A DNA stretch of 64,000 bases from the NCBI GenBank assembly GCA_050250855.1, contig JBFWNW010000001.1, positions 412,266 to 476,265 of the forward strand, written 5' to 3'. Under the pieces are notes generated by a model. That model did not search any database. It was not told the DNA's origin and saw only the letters and a program-made list of their open reading frames with translations. The DNA is from Candidatus Babeliales bacterium. GTDB lineage: Bacteria > Babelota > Babeliae > Babelales > JACPOV01. Of this stretch, positions 29,258-39,756 are shown one piece after another. A program made the translations under genes and the position numbers. Positions within the stretch are counted from its first letter, which is position 1, and every line of letters begins with the position of its first letter.

Positions 29258-29971
29258 ATGATGACGACACTTTTATATTTACAAGATCCCAAGCAATTGG
29301 AAAGCAAGGTTACTATTCTTTCAGAAGGAATGGATGAAAGAGGAAAGTATTTTATTACTGATAAAACGCCATGCTATCCTCAAGGCGGTGGACAACCTGC
29401 AGATCAAGGCCTCCTAGCTTTGCATGATGCTTCTTACACCATTAAAGATGTTCGCAAGGTTGAAGGAGAGATTCGTCACTATTGCGACCAGCAGATTTCT
29501 TTGCAAGAACCAGCTTTTTTGACGGTTGATGCAGCACGAAGAGTTCTTAATACCCGTTATCATACTGCAGGACATTTACTCAGCCTTATAGTAGAAAATC
29601 TTGATAGTACCTTGAAAGCGATCAAGGGTCATCAATTTCCAGGGGAAGCATATGTTGAATTTGTAGGAACACCACAAAACAGCGAACAGCTTTTGACCGA
29701 CGCACAAAATTATATTAATAGGGCCCTAGAACAGAACTTTGGTGTAGTAATTAAAAATCTTGAAGGACAAGAAGCATGCGATTACATGCAACACAATCCA
29801 GGCGGGGAATTTTTAGCAACGAGCAATGTTCGTTTATGCATTATTGGTGACTTTAAACCAGTTGCTTGTGGTGGAACCCATGTAGAAATCCTAAGCTCTC
29901 TTGGTACGGTGCAGATAACAAAAATAAAAACAAAGAAAGGTAATACTAAAATTTCTTATATGTTACCGTAG
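29258..29971 (+). CDS. AlaX-type alanyl-tRNA editing protein
   Basis: YPQGGGQPAD, HTAGH and CGGTH zinc motifs. Confidence 0.9.
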   Translation: MMTTLLYLQDPKQLESKVTILSEGMDERGKYFITDKTPCYPQGGGQPADQGLLALHDASYTIKDVRKVEGEIRHYCDQQISLQEPAFLTVDAARRVLNTRYHTAGHLLSLIVENLDSTLKAIKGHQFPGEAYVEFVGTPQNSEQLLTDAQNYINRALEQNFGVVIKNLEGQEACDYMQHNPGGEFLATSNVRLCIIGDFKPVACGGTHVEILSSLGTVQITKIKTKKGNTKISYMLP

Positions 29972-29980
29972 GTAAATTTT

Positions 29981-31921
29981 TTATAACTTGTTTTTATCAA
30001 GAATTTTAGAACTTGCTTTATACTCTTGATAACATTCCCATGGTGTTTTTTCTGAACCAAATTTGGGTTGCGTCACTACAACGTCTTCTTGAACAAGTTT
30101 TTCTAAAAGAGTATCGAGCTTATGCATCACGCGAGCAAAGCTTTCAGGATTCGCTGTATTGAATGATTGTATTTGCACGCCATCCCCTATTGCTTTTTGG
30201 ACGGTATCTTCAGTAACAATCCATGCAAACTCTTTTTCATCTGAATTAATTATTTTCTCAGGATTACTTTTGAGGGTTTCTAGCAGCTCTAAAACATTAT
30301 CGCTATTCCTCGTTTCAAACAAATAGCTCAAAGGTCCTTCTCGTTTTAATTGAGCTTTTGCTTTATAGCCCCCAGATTTTGCTAGGTATATATGTTTTTC
30401 CAGATGGTTTTTTGGTACAGAAATCTGAATAAGATTGCCATATATAGAAAGATTATTAAATTCTTCTTCTAATGAATCAATCTCTTTTTTATGCTTTAGA
30501 TAAAAGCTTCCTTGTTTGAATTTCTCAAAAATTTCTTTTGACTGAATGTTAAGTTTCGAAATATTTGAATTGTTCAGAAAATATTGAGGTGTAGAGCTTC
30601 CTAGATTAGTGGTATTTGCAAACAATGCATAGTTGGTAAATAGTAATGCTTGACGTGAATTCTTATCAAATCTTCCTTCACGCAAGATTTTTCGACGTAG
30701 TTCCTTTTCTTGTGCAATGTGTTGAGCACTTTGATTACAGTCACTATTCTCAGGAAAGCGAGTAAAAATATAGTTATCAAGTTGTTTGGTATGCTTTAAT
30801 TGCCATAATTTTGTATATAAAAGCTCGAGCCAATAAATATTCCACATTTGTGCATGATAAAATACATAGTGTTTTTTTTGTATAAGCTCAGCTTCATATT
30901 CCATAGCTTTATTGAATACCTCAAGAGTAGTATTAAGATGTTCAAAGGATTCAGTGAATTCTGAAATGTTTTCTTGCAGGTGATTACCACTTTGTGTATT
31001 TGGTATTATCCTAAAATTGAAGTTTTGAGCTAAAAAAGGAAATAATAAACTTTTTTGTTTTTCATTTGACAGCGCATATATGACAGGAAAATGTTTGATT
31101 TTTTTTTCATTTTTGAGCATTTTAATAATATTTGAGAGAATAATATTTCTTTGCTCTTCATTTGAATGGTGATAGATCCAAAGCAAATCTTCAATTTCAC
31201 GGTCTTGTTTAAGTATTTGTAGCAATACATCTTTTTGTTCATCAGTTGACTCTTCATAAATCCAACCTAAATGGCAAACTTCTTTACCTTCTTTGAATGC
31301 TTGTACAATAGCTGAAATTACTATATCTTTTTGTTCTTTAGATGAATGAGAATAGATCGAAGGTAAAACCTGAATATCTTTGCCTTGTTTAAGCTCTTGC
31401 ACCATATCTGAAAGCATGACATCCTTTTGCTCAGTTGTTAATGAACAATAGAGGTTGATATCATCTCCAAACCACCATCGAAGACCTTTGACATACATTG
31501 TTGCCCACAGGCCGGCACTCGCAGGCATGATTTTATTATTGGAGAGTTGAGAGTGGGCGGTAGTTTGTAAACCAAGCGGCAATTGTTTTTTGTTGTGTTG
31601 ATAATTCATAGCACGTACTGCTTGCAAGCCAAGAGCAGATTGATTATGTGCTAAGGTTTTGCCAAAGTTTGCAAAAAGAGAGAGGTTGTTTAAGGTCGTC
31701 GGCAGCATAGCAGTTTTTGGCTGCTTGCCAAGAACTTGTGCTGCTTTTTGTGCACCAAGAGCTCCTTGGTCTTTGAGCCAGGTTTGCGCTGCTTTATTGA
31801 AAAAGCCTTGAGCGCTTTGGGTGCTTTTTTGTACCAATTTTTGTAGGGCCTGCATAGGATAGGCCGATTGTTGCATGAAAACCAAACCTGTGCAAACAGC
31901 TATTTTAACCAGTTTATGCAT
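29981..31921 (-). CDS. secreted protein: acid-poor leader, ~38-aa helical repeats, C-terminal putative enzymatic domain
   Basis: N-terminal ~150 aa shared with the 32782 gene; STDEQKD..L...LKQ repeats; YVFYHAQ motif. Confidence 0.7.
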   Translation of the reverse strand: MHKLVKIAVCTGLVFMQQSAYPMQALQKLVQKSTQSAQGFFNKAAQTWLKDQGALGAQKAAQVLGKQPKTAMLPTTLNNLSLFANFGKTLAHNQSALGLQAVRAMNYQHNKKQLPLGLQTTAHSQLSNNKIMPASAGLWATMYVKGLRWWFGDDINLYCSLTTEQKDVMLSDMVQELKQGKDIQVLPSIYSHSSKEQKDIVISAIVQAFKEGKEVCHLGWIYEESTDEQKDVLLQILKQDREIEDLLWIYHHSNEEQRNIILSNIIKMLKNEKKIKHFPVIYALSNEKQKSLLFPFLAQNFNFRIIPNTQSGNHLQENISEFTESFEHLNTTLEVFNKAMEYEAELIQKKHYVFYHAQMWNIYWLELLYTKLWQLKHTKQLDNYIFTRFPENSDCNQSAQHIAQEKELRRKILREGRFDKNSRQALLFTNYALFANTTNLGSSTPQYFLNNSNISKLNIQSKEIFEKFKQGSFYLKHKKEIDSLEEEFNNLSIYGNLIQISVPKNHLEKHIYLAKSGGYKAKAQLKREGPLSYLFETRNSDNVLELLETLKSNPEKIINSDEKEFAWIVTEDTVQKAIGDGVQIQSFNTANPESFARVMHKLDTLLEKLVQEDVVVTQPKFGSEKTPWECYQEYKASSKILDKNKL

Positions 31922-31986
31922 AACACTCCATATTGTTAATTTTCTTGCTTTGCTTAAGAGCTTTCTCTAATGAAACAAATAATTAC

Positions 31987-32757
31987 TTAAATATCTTTTA
32001 TGATATTAGTAATTTTTTTACATACTTCTTCTTGTCCGTATCTCTGATTTCCATAAAATAGTTTACCTAGCCCTACCGTTAACAATCGTACAATTTTTGT
32101 TCCATCACAAGTTCGAGACAAAGGTAAAATATTTGAAATAATATTTGAAATGATATGCAAACCCATCAAAAACTTGATTAAACTTGTATTAAATCTTTTT
32201 TCATCTTGTTCATCATGCAATGATTCATAATAAGAACATCCCTTGAATGCCGTATAAGCATACATCAATCCGGCTAATGGCCCTGCTGCAAGCATAGTTG
32301 ACAATGTCAAGATAGGGTACTTAGGTATACTTAACGATGAAGCATCAGCTCTGACAGATCCATTACCTAATGGAATTGGTGAAATATACATAGATGGACC
32401 CGAATATTCTAAAGCTAAAGATTTTTTAAAAAACAACTTCTGAGGAAATTGCCCATAAAGTGATAGTATTGCAGCATGCCCCATTTCATGAACTAATACT
32501 CCACCCCTCTCAAGAGCATAGAGCAATACTCCATTTTCCATAGTATTTCCAATAATATTTTTATTACGTTTAAAATATTCTAGTATTGTTTCATCTTTAG
32601 ATTTACTCAATTCCCGTAATGTTTCAATCGCTTTATCTTTACATTCCATAGCAATAATGCTCACTGGATTTTCTTTGTTACAATCTTGCATGGCTACCAG
32701 TGAAAAAACATTAAGGCACAATAACGTAATTAATTTTATTCTTTTCATGAACGCCAA
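31987..32757 (-). CDS. M50-like zinc metallopeptidase
   Basis: HEMGH, AAGPLAG, NILP...DG. Confidence 0.75.
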   Translation of the reverse strand: MAFMKRIKLITLLCLNVFSLVAMQDCNKENPVSIIAMECKDKAIETLRELSKSKDETILEYFKRNKNIIGNTMENGVLLYALERGGVLVHEMGHAAILSLYGQFPQKLFFKKSLALEYSGPSMYISPIPLGNGSVRADASSLSIPKYPILTLSTMLAAGPLAGLMYAYTAFKGCSYYESLHDEQDEKRFNTSLIKFLMGLHIISNIISNILPLSRTCDGTKIVRLLTVGLGKLFYGNQRYGQEEVCKKITNIIKDI

Positions 32758-32781
32758 ACCTGTTGTTTGTAATCCTATTTT

Positions 32782-34383
32782 TTATTTCATATAGGGAAGT
32801 AATTTTTTTTTCTGTTCTTCAGTTGAACTATAATAGATATCGGATAAATTATAAATTTTTTTGCCTTCCTTAAGTGTATGTATTATATGTGGAAATAAGA
32901 TATCTCGCTCTCCAGTCGAATTATAATAGATGTTCGATATCTTTAATTCCTTGCCTTCTTTAAGCGCTTTTATAATTTCTGGTAGTAAGATCTTTCTTTG
33001 TTCTTTGGTTGACTTGCTATAAATGACATTTAAATCTTCAATTTCATCACCCCGACAAATTATCTTGCCTATGATGCTAGGAAATAAAATATTTCTTTGC
33101 CTGTCAGTTGATCTAGCATAAATCCTAGCTAAACCATCAATTTTTTCACCCTGGTTGAGCATTTTAACAATAAATGGAAGTAATATATCTCTTTGTTTTT
33201 CAGTTGAATGCTCATAGGTCCAAAATAAATTAAGTTGATGTACAATAAATGGAAGTAATATATCTCTTTGTTCATCAGCTGAATGCTCATAGATCCAACG
33301 TAAACCATCAATATTTTTGCCTTGTTTAAGCGCTTCAGCAATACTCAGAAGTAATGTATTTTTTTGATCATAGGTTGAGAACAAATACATCATACCTAAT
33401 CCTTCAATTTTTCTGCCTTGTTTAAGTGCTTTCCCAATACTTGGCAGTAATATCTTTCTTTGTTCATCAGTTGAGTCATTATAGATTGTTCCTAAGCTTT
33501 CAATTTCCTTGCCTGTTTCAAGGGCTTGTACAATATCGGGAAGTAATATATTTTTTCTATATTCGTTAGGTGCCTTAATATAGATATTAGATGGGCAGAA
33601 GCCTTTAATTTTCTTGCCTTGCTGAAGGGTTTGTACAATAAAAGGAAATAATATATTTTTTTGCTTTTCAGTTAAGGGGCTATAGATTAAATCTAAATCT
33701 TCAACTATCATATTTTGCTTAAATGCTTCTGTAATGCCCGAACATAATATATTTTTTTGTTCTTCAGATAAATGCCAACAGATGGAATGTAAAGAATTAA
33801 GCTTCTTAGCGCACAGTGTTCCTTGTTTAATCTCTTGAGCAATATCTGCAATCACAACGTCTTGTTGCTCATTAGTTAATGAACGGTAGAAATCAGGTTC
33901 ATAAATATCATCCCCATACCACCATCGAAGACCTTTGACGTACATTGTTGTCCACAAGCCGGCGCTAGCATGCATGATTTTATTATTAGAAAGTTGAGAG
34001 TAGGTTGTAGTTTGTGTGCCAAGCGGCAATTGCTTTTTGTTGTGTTGATAATTCATAGCACGTACTGCTTGCAAGCCAAAAGCTTGAGATTGATTATGTG
34101 CTAAGGTTTTGCCAAAGTTTGCAAAAAGAGAGGGGTTGTTTAAGGTGGTGGGCAGCATAGCAGTTTTTGGCTGCTTGCCAAGCACTTGTACTGTTTTTTG
34201 TGCACCAAGAGCTCCTTGGTTTTTGAGCCAGGTTTGCGCTGCTTTATTGAAAAAGCCTTGAGCACTTTGGGTGCTTTTTTGTACCAATTTTTGCAGGGCC
34301 TGCATAGGGTAGGCTGGTTGCTGCATGAACACCAAACCTGTACCGAGAGCTATTTTAACCAGTTTATGCATAATAAATTCCAT
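32782..34383 (-). CDS. secreted helical-repeat protein
   Basis: Many ~38-aa STxEQRxILLPxIxxALKQGKxIxxLxxIY repeats. Confidence 0.75.
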   Translation of the reverse strand: MEFIMHKLVKIALGTGLVFMQQPAYPMQALQKLVQKSTQSAQGFFNKAAQTWLKNQGALGAQKTVQVLGKQPKTAMLPTTLNNPSLFANFGKTLAHNQSQAFGLQAVRAMNYQHNKKQLPLGTQTTTYSQLSNNKIMHASAGLWTTMYVKGLRWWYGDDIYEPDFYRSLTNEQQDVVIADIAQEIKQGTLCAKKLNSLHSICWHLSEEQKNILCSGITEAFKQNMIVEDLDLIYSPLTEKQKNILFPFIVQTLQQGKKIKGFCPSNIYIKAPNEYRKNILLPDIVQALETGKEIESLGTIYNDSTDEQRKILLPSIGKALKQGRKIEGLGMMYLFSTYDQKNTLLLSIAEALKQGKNIDGLRWIYEHSADEQRDILLPFIVHQLNLFWTYEHSTEKQRDILLPFIVKMLNQGEKIDGLARIYARSTDRQRNILFPSIIGKIICRGDEIEDLNVIYSKSTKEQRKILLPEIIKALKEGKELKISNIYYNSTGERDILFPHIIHTLKEGKKIYNLSDIYYSSTEEQKKKLLPYMK

Positions 34384-34389
34384 TTATTT

Positions 34390-35307
34390 TTAGAATAACC
34401 CGTGTTTATTCATATAGGGATGCAATATATTTTTCTGTTCATTAGTTGAAGAACCATAAATCTCAGATAAACCTTCAACTTCCATACCTTCATTATATGC
34501 TTGCAGAATGCTAGACAATAATATATTTTTTTGCTCTTCAGTTGAGTGGCAATAAATGTCATCTAAATAATCAATTTTCTTGCCTTGATTAAGTGATTGT
34601 ACAATATATGGAAATAATGTATTTCTTTGTTCTTCAGTTGATTTTTTATAGATATCCGATAAATATTTAATTTCTATATCTTGTTTAAGAGCTTGTATAA
34701 TAGCTGGAAATAATATGTTTTTTTGCTTTTCAGTTGAGTAGAAATAAATGCCAGCTAAATTATCATTTTTTATATATGGAAGTAATCTATTTCCTTGTTC
34801 TTCAGTTGATTTTTTATAGATATCCGATAAATATTTAATTTCTATACCTTGTTTAAGGGCTTGTATAATAGCTGGAAATAATATATTTTTCTGCTTTTCG
34901 GTTGAGTGGCAATAAATGTAATCTAAATAATCAATTTTCTTGCCTTGATTAAGTGATTGTACAATATATGGAAATAATATATTTTTTTGCTCTTCAGTTG
35001 AATGGTAATAGATAAGACCTAGCCATTCAGCTTCAATACCTTGTTTAAGTTTCATTAGAATATATGGAAATAATATATTTTTTTGCTCTTCAGTTGAATC
35101 TGTATAGATCTCACCTAATTTTTCAATTTCCATACCCTGTTTAAGTTTTTCTGCAAAATATGGAAATAGTATATCTCTTTCTTCCTTAGATGAATACCTA
35201 TAGATTTTATTTAAATCATTAATTGAATGTTCACAGTTTATAGGCATAGAACTCTGTAAAGCAAACACCAAACCTGTAAAGATAGCTATTTTAACCAGTT
35301 TTTGCAT
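34390..35307 (-). CDS. secreted helical-repeat protein (same repeat, no long leader)
   Basis: STEEQKNILFPYIVQSLNQGKKIDYL repeats with near-identical DNA copies. Confidence 0.75.
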   Translation of the reverse strand: MQKLVKIAIFTGLVFALQSSMPINCEHSINDLNKIYRYSSKEERDILFPYFAEKLKQGMEIEKLGEIYTDSTEEQKNILFPYILMKLKQGIEAEWLGLIYYHSTEEQKNILFPYIVQSLNQGKKIDYLDYIYCHSTEKQKNILFPAIIQALKQGIEIKYLSDIYKKSTEEQGNRLLPYIKNDNLAGIYFYSTEKQKNILFPAIIQALKQDIEIKYLSDIYKKSTEEQRNTLFPYIVQSLNQGKKIDYLDDIYCHSTEEQKNILLSSILQAYNEGMEVEGLSEIYGSSTNEQKNILHPYMNKHGLF

Positions 35308-35457
35308 AACAACTCCATCATTTATGGGAAATAATATATAAATACATAGTAATAATACCTCAAAAAAAGCCTTTTTTCAAGGGGTTTAAGACTTATACCT
35401 TGCTTCAATTCTATATTTTGCTATGGTTATGCAAATAATGTTTAAAGGATAAAATTT

Positions 35458-35946
35458 ATGAATATACTCTCTATTTTACAAGGAACCCCCTATTGGGTCT
35501 GGAATATACTTGCCTATCTTATTATATCAGGAGCAAAGGCAACGAAACCTGTTGTTTTTCCTCTCTGGCGTTTTGGCATAATGCCATTAGTTTTTGTAGT
35601 ATGGTCACTTACTTCTTTGCATACGCGTTGCGGTAGTTGTTTATCATTGTATGCTTTTTGGGTTGCAGCATTATTTTTTGGAATAGGAGTAGGGTATTGT
35701 TTACTGCAAAGAACATCAATAACTTTCGATGCGCAAGGATCAATCCATCTTCCAGGAAGCTTTGTTCCTTTGCTTTTGTCGTTATTATTTTTTGCTGGTA
35801 AATATAGTTTAGGCGTTACGTATGCACTTAATCCAGCGTTAAAAACAAGCTTTTTATTGGGTTTTGATGTGGCATTATCAGGTGTTATTTCAGGAATTTC
35901 TTTAGGAAGATTTTTGAATATTGTTTATCGGTATAAGAAAGCATAG
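35458..35946 (+). CDS. integral membrane protein
   Basis: TPYWVW start; several hydrophobic helices. Confidence 0.65.
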   Translation: MNILSILQGTPYWVWNILAYLIISGAKATKPVVFPLWRFGIMPLVFVVWSLTSLHTRCGSCLSLYAFWVAALFFGIGVGYCLLQRTSITFDAQGSIHLPGSFVPLLLSLLFFAGKYSLGVTYALNPALKTSFLLGFDVALSGVISGISLGRFLNIVYRYKKA

Positions 35947-36778
35947 TACAATGTTGTATCTTTTTATTATAACTACTTACTGTATATCATGGACATTATT
36001 GTATTATGCTGTTGCACCAGATTTAGTGATGTTTGTGCCTGGGCTTACTGCTTTTTTTTTCATGATAGTTGAAAGGAAAAGCTTTTTTGCTATAGTGCAT
36101 TCTTTGCGCCTAGGATCTTTTAGAAATCTTTTTTTGGGATTTTTAATTTCTTTATCAGCATTTTTATTATATATAAGTTGCGCTCATCTTAGTTTGTCGT
36201 GTGTTTTTGGTTTATCTGAACAAGCATTAGCTTACCATGGCAATAGTGCATTCAAGGCCTGGATTAGCTTTTTTACGATAGGTTTTCCTTCTCTTTTTGC
36301 AGTTAGCTTATTCTTTGCTTTTTTTGAAGAAATTGGATGGCGAGGTTATTTACTCAAAAAAATCAATCAAAGATATTCAATGTCAATTCTCAAGAAAAGC
36401 AGTATAGTAGGATTACTTTGGGGGTTGTGGCATATTCCTCTTTACATAATTTCTCCTACTGAGCCAGTAAGAATTGTTATATTTCTCTGCAATGTTGTTT
36501 TAATAGCTATTCCGTACACCTGGCTTTATGAAGGTGAATATTCTGTTTGGCCTACTACCATTGCTCATGCTCTGCATAATACCTTATTTAACGTTGTCCT
36601 TTCTGCAATAACTTTGCATTCATCGAGTTCTTTGTGGCTTTATGGTGAAGAAGGGCTTCTTGTGACCGGAGTTTATAGCATACTTATTATTATTGGCTTT
36701 CTGGTCAATAAGTTTATACAAGCTGACAAAACAGAGTTTCTTCTATATACTAGGGTCAAAAACTTTGTAAAAAATTAA
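35921..36778 (+). CDS. CPBP family intramembrane metalloprotease
   Basis: EEIGWRGY, WGLWH, HALHN. Confidence 0.9.
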   Translation: MFIGIRKHSTMLYLFIITTYCISWTLLYYAVAPDLVMFVPGLTAFFFMIVERKSFFAIVHSLRLGSFRNLFLGFLISLSAFLLYISCAHLSLSCVFGLSEQALAYHGNSAFKAWISFFTIGFPSLFAVSLFFAFFEEIGWRGYLLKKINQRYSMSILKKSSIVGLLWGLWHIPLYIISPTEPVRIVIFLCNVVLIAIPYTWLYEGEYSVWPTTIAHALHNTLFNVVLSAITLHSSSSLWLYGEEGLLVTGVYSILIIIGFLVNKFIQADKTEFLLYTRVKNFVKN

Positions 36779-36799
36779 GACTGCCAAACAAGGATTCGT

Positions 36800-39736
36800 A
36801 TGTCCAACGATACAAAAAAACCTGAAAAAGTAAGCTTTAAGGATACTCTAAACCTGCCAACGACCGATTTTCCTATTCGTGCTAACCCAAAAGTTGATGA
36901 TTTGGCGTTGCTAGAGCGTTGGCAAGCAGAAGGTCTTTATGAAAAATCTTTTACGCATAATGAAGGCAATGAAAAATTCATTTTTCATGACGGGCCGCCG
37001 TATGCTAACGGTAATATTCACTTGGGCAGTGCTTATAATAAAATTTTAAAAGATATTGCCTGCAAAGGTCAGCGCATGGCCGGCAAGCAGGTGCCGGTAA
37101 CACCCGGTTGGGATTGCCATGGTTTGCCAATTGAACTGAAGGTAACCAAAGAATATCCAGGTCTTGCTCCAGAGGCACTCAAAAAGCAGTGCCGTGCGTA
37201 TGCGCAAAAGTGGGTTGACATTCAACGTCAAGAGTTCAAAAGTTTAGGAGTTCTTTTTAATTGGCAACATCCTTATTTGACGATGGCTCCAACCTATGAG
37301 GCGCAAGAGTTGCGTGCATTGGGTGAATTTATTGCACAAGGATATATTGCTAAAAAAAATAAAACAGTACCATGGTGCGCTTCGTGCCAAACGGTACTTG
37401 CTTCTGCTGAAATTGAATATCATGAGCGCAAAGATCCTTCTATTTATGTAAAATTTCCTTTATTGCAGCCTGACGTTGCAAAGCTTTTTGCCAAGCATGC
37501 AGCTATGCCTGTTAGCATGTTAATCTGGACAACAACGCCGTGGACGTTGCCGTTAAATAGAGCGGTGCTCATAAAGCCTGATGCAACCTATGAATTACTT
37601 GAAGCTGACGGACAAGGTATTATTGTGGGCGCAGCTTTGGCAGACAAAGTAATGGCGTTGCTTGAAAAACCCAAAAAAGTTTTAGCACAAATTCCAGCGC
37701 AAGCGTTGGCTGGTTTAAAAGTTGCGCATCCATTTATTCAAAATTTCCATGTGCCCGTTATTCTTGACCAATCAGTTTCATTGACCGATGGTACTGCCTG
37801 CGTACATTGCGCACCCGGATGTGGCCCAGAAGATTATGAAACCGGTATTCGTAACAAATTAGAAATTTTTTCACCAATAAGTCCTGATGGCAAATATCAG
37901 CGTGGTATTGAGCCAAACGTGCTGGAAGGTATGCCGGTTGCTGATGGCCAAGGATGGGTGATAAAAATGTTACAAGAAAATGGCAACCTTCTTGCAAAAC
38001 AATCTATTAAACACTCGTATCCACACTGCTGGCGCTGCCGCAATGGTTTAATTTTTAGAGCAACCAAGCAGTGGTTTTTAGATTTGTCGCATAATAATTT
38101 ACGTCAAAGAGCATTAGATGCTATTGAAAAAATAGAGTTTGTACCAGATCGTACGCGTAACTTTTTAAAAGCAACCGTTTCAGGCCGTTTAGAGTGGTGT
38201 ATTTCGCGCCAACGCACGTGGGGCGTGCCGATTCCTGCCTTATTATGTACAACGTGTGAATATGCTGTTATAAGCAAAGAATTTGTTGATCGCGTAGCGC
38301 AGGGAGTAGAAAAAGATGGCATTGAATATTGGGATACGGTAAACCTTGCTGATCTTGGCGTGAAAGATCTACAATGTCCACAATGTACTGGCCTTGCATT
38401 TAAAAAAGAAAAAGATATTTTGGATGTTTGGTTTGATTCTGGTGTAAGCCATTATGCAGTCCTTTATAAAAATCCAGCACTTGGTTTTCCAGCCGATCTT
38501 TATTTAGAAGGTCTTGATCAACATCGCGGGTGGTTTCAAAGTTCATTACTCACCAGTTTAGTACTTGAGCAAAAAGCTGCGATGAAAACTATTGTAACGC
38601 ATGGTTTTACCGTTGACCAAAAAGGTCATAAAATGTCCAAATCTTTGGGCAATGTAGTAACGCCACCAGAAATTATAGAAAAACTTGGCACTGATGGTTT
38701 ACGCCTTTGGGCTTCCAGTATAGATTTTGGCGGAGACGCAATTGTTTCTGATGTGCTGTTAAAAAACGTTGCTGAGGTGTTTCGTAAAATTCGCAATACG
38801 TTACGCTTTTTACTTTCAAACTTATACGATTTTGATATTGATAAGGATGCCGTTACGCTTGAAGATATGCTCATGATTGATCGCTATGCTATGGAGCAAC
38901 TATTCCACGTCAATTATCGCATTATCAAAGCGTACCATGCGTATGATTTTACGGCAGTATTTCATGAACTTGCTGATTACACAGCAAAAGAGTTAAGCTC
39001 ACTGTATTTGGATATTATCAAAGATCGTTTGTATGTTGAAAAGAGTGATGGCTTTTTGCGTAGATCAGCGCAAACGACATGTTGGCATATTCTTGATACG
39101 CTAACGCGTGCGATTGCGCCGATTTTATCATTCACTGCAGAGCAGGTTTCTGATCATTATCAAAAAAATAAAAAGGAATCTATTCATTTGCAAAACTTTG
39201 CACCATTGCATGACGTATGGCGCGCTGTTGCTGATGCTGCAAAAATTGACGTTCCTGAAATTCCAGGAACTAATTGGTACCCGCTGCATGGCCACATTGA
39301 TGAGACGGTTAAAAAGATTGAAGAAACAACGTTCCATCAAGAACGTACGTTGCAATGGGATGTGGTTTTTGAGCTGCGCGATGCATTGCTCAAAGCAATT
39401 GAAGCGCAGCGCGAAAAAGGGTTAATTAAACATCCTTTAGAAGTAAAGCTCACTGTATGCTTAAAACTTTCAAAAGAATATATGCAAGCGTTGAATGCAT
39501 TCTTTACTGACGTCAAAAAGACACAAACAAAAGAACAGTTTTTCCAAGAGTTGCTCGTTATCTCTCAGTTTATAGAACAAGCATCTCATGAAGGACTGGA
39601 AGAATCTAAAGAGCTTTCTGGCTTGTGGACAAAGGTTGAGCATGCAGAGGGCCAAAAATGCCCACGCTGCTGGAAGTGGGAAGTAACGCAGCATCCTGAT
39701 GCATTGTGTGTGCGATGCCAAGAAATTGTTGGTTAA
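36800..39736 (+). CDS. ileS: isoleucine--tRNA ligase
   Basis: HDGPPYANG, GWDCHGLP, WTTTPWT, WCISRQR, KMSKS, C-terminal CPRC...CVRC zinc finger. Confidence 0.97.
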   Translation: MSNDTKKPEKVSFKDTLNLPTTDFPIRANPKVDDLALLERWQAEGLYEKSFTHNEGNEKFIFHDGPPYANGNIHLGSAYNKILKDIACKGQRMAGKQVPVTPGWDCHGLPIELKVTKEYPGLAPEALKKQCRAYAQKWVDIQRQEFKSLGVLFNWQHPYLTMAPTYEAQELRALGEFIAQGYIAKKNKTVPWCASCQTVLASAEIEYHERKDPSIYVKFPLLQPDVAKLFAKHAAMPVSMLIWTTTPWTLPLNRAVLIKPDATYELLEADGQGIIVGAALADKVMALLEKPKKVLAQIPAQALAGLKVAHPFIQNFHVPVILDQSVSLTDGTACVHCAPGCGPEDYETGIRNKLEIFSPISPDGKYQRGIEPNVLEGMPVADGQGWVIKMLQENGNLLAKQSIKHSYPHCWRCRNGLIFRATKQWFLDLSHNNLRQRALDAIEKIEFVPDRTRNFLKATVSGRLEWCISRQRTWGVPIPALLCTTCEYAVISKEFVDRVAQGVEKDGIEYWDTVNLADLGVKDLQCPQCTGLAFKKEKDILDVWFDSGVSHYAVLYKNPALGFPADLYLEGLDQHRGWFQSSLLTSLVLEQKAAMKTIVTHGFTVDQKGHKMSKSLGNVVTPPEIIEKLGTDGLRLWASSIDFGGDAIVSDVLLKNVAEVFRKIRNTLRFLLSNLYDFDIDKDAVTLEDMLMIDRYAMEQLFHVNYRIIKAYHAYDFTAVFHELADYTAKELSSLYLDIIKDRLYVEKSDGFLRRSAQTTCWHILDTLTRAIAPILSFTAEQVSDHYQKNKKESIHLQNFAPLHDVWRAVADAAKIDVPEIPGTNWYPLHGHIDETVKKIEETTFHQERTLQWDVVFELRDALLKAIEAQREKGLIKHPLEVKLTVCLKLSKEYMQALNAFFTDVKKTQTKEQFFQELLVISQFIEQASHEGLEESKELSGLWTKVEHAEGQKCPRCWKWEVTQHPDALCVRCQEIVG

Positions 39737-39756
39737 CTATAAAAAAAGGAATAATC

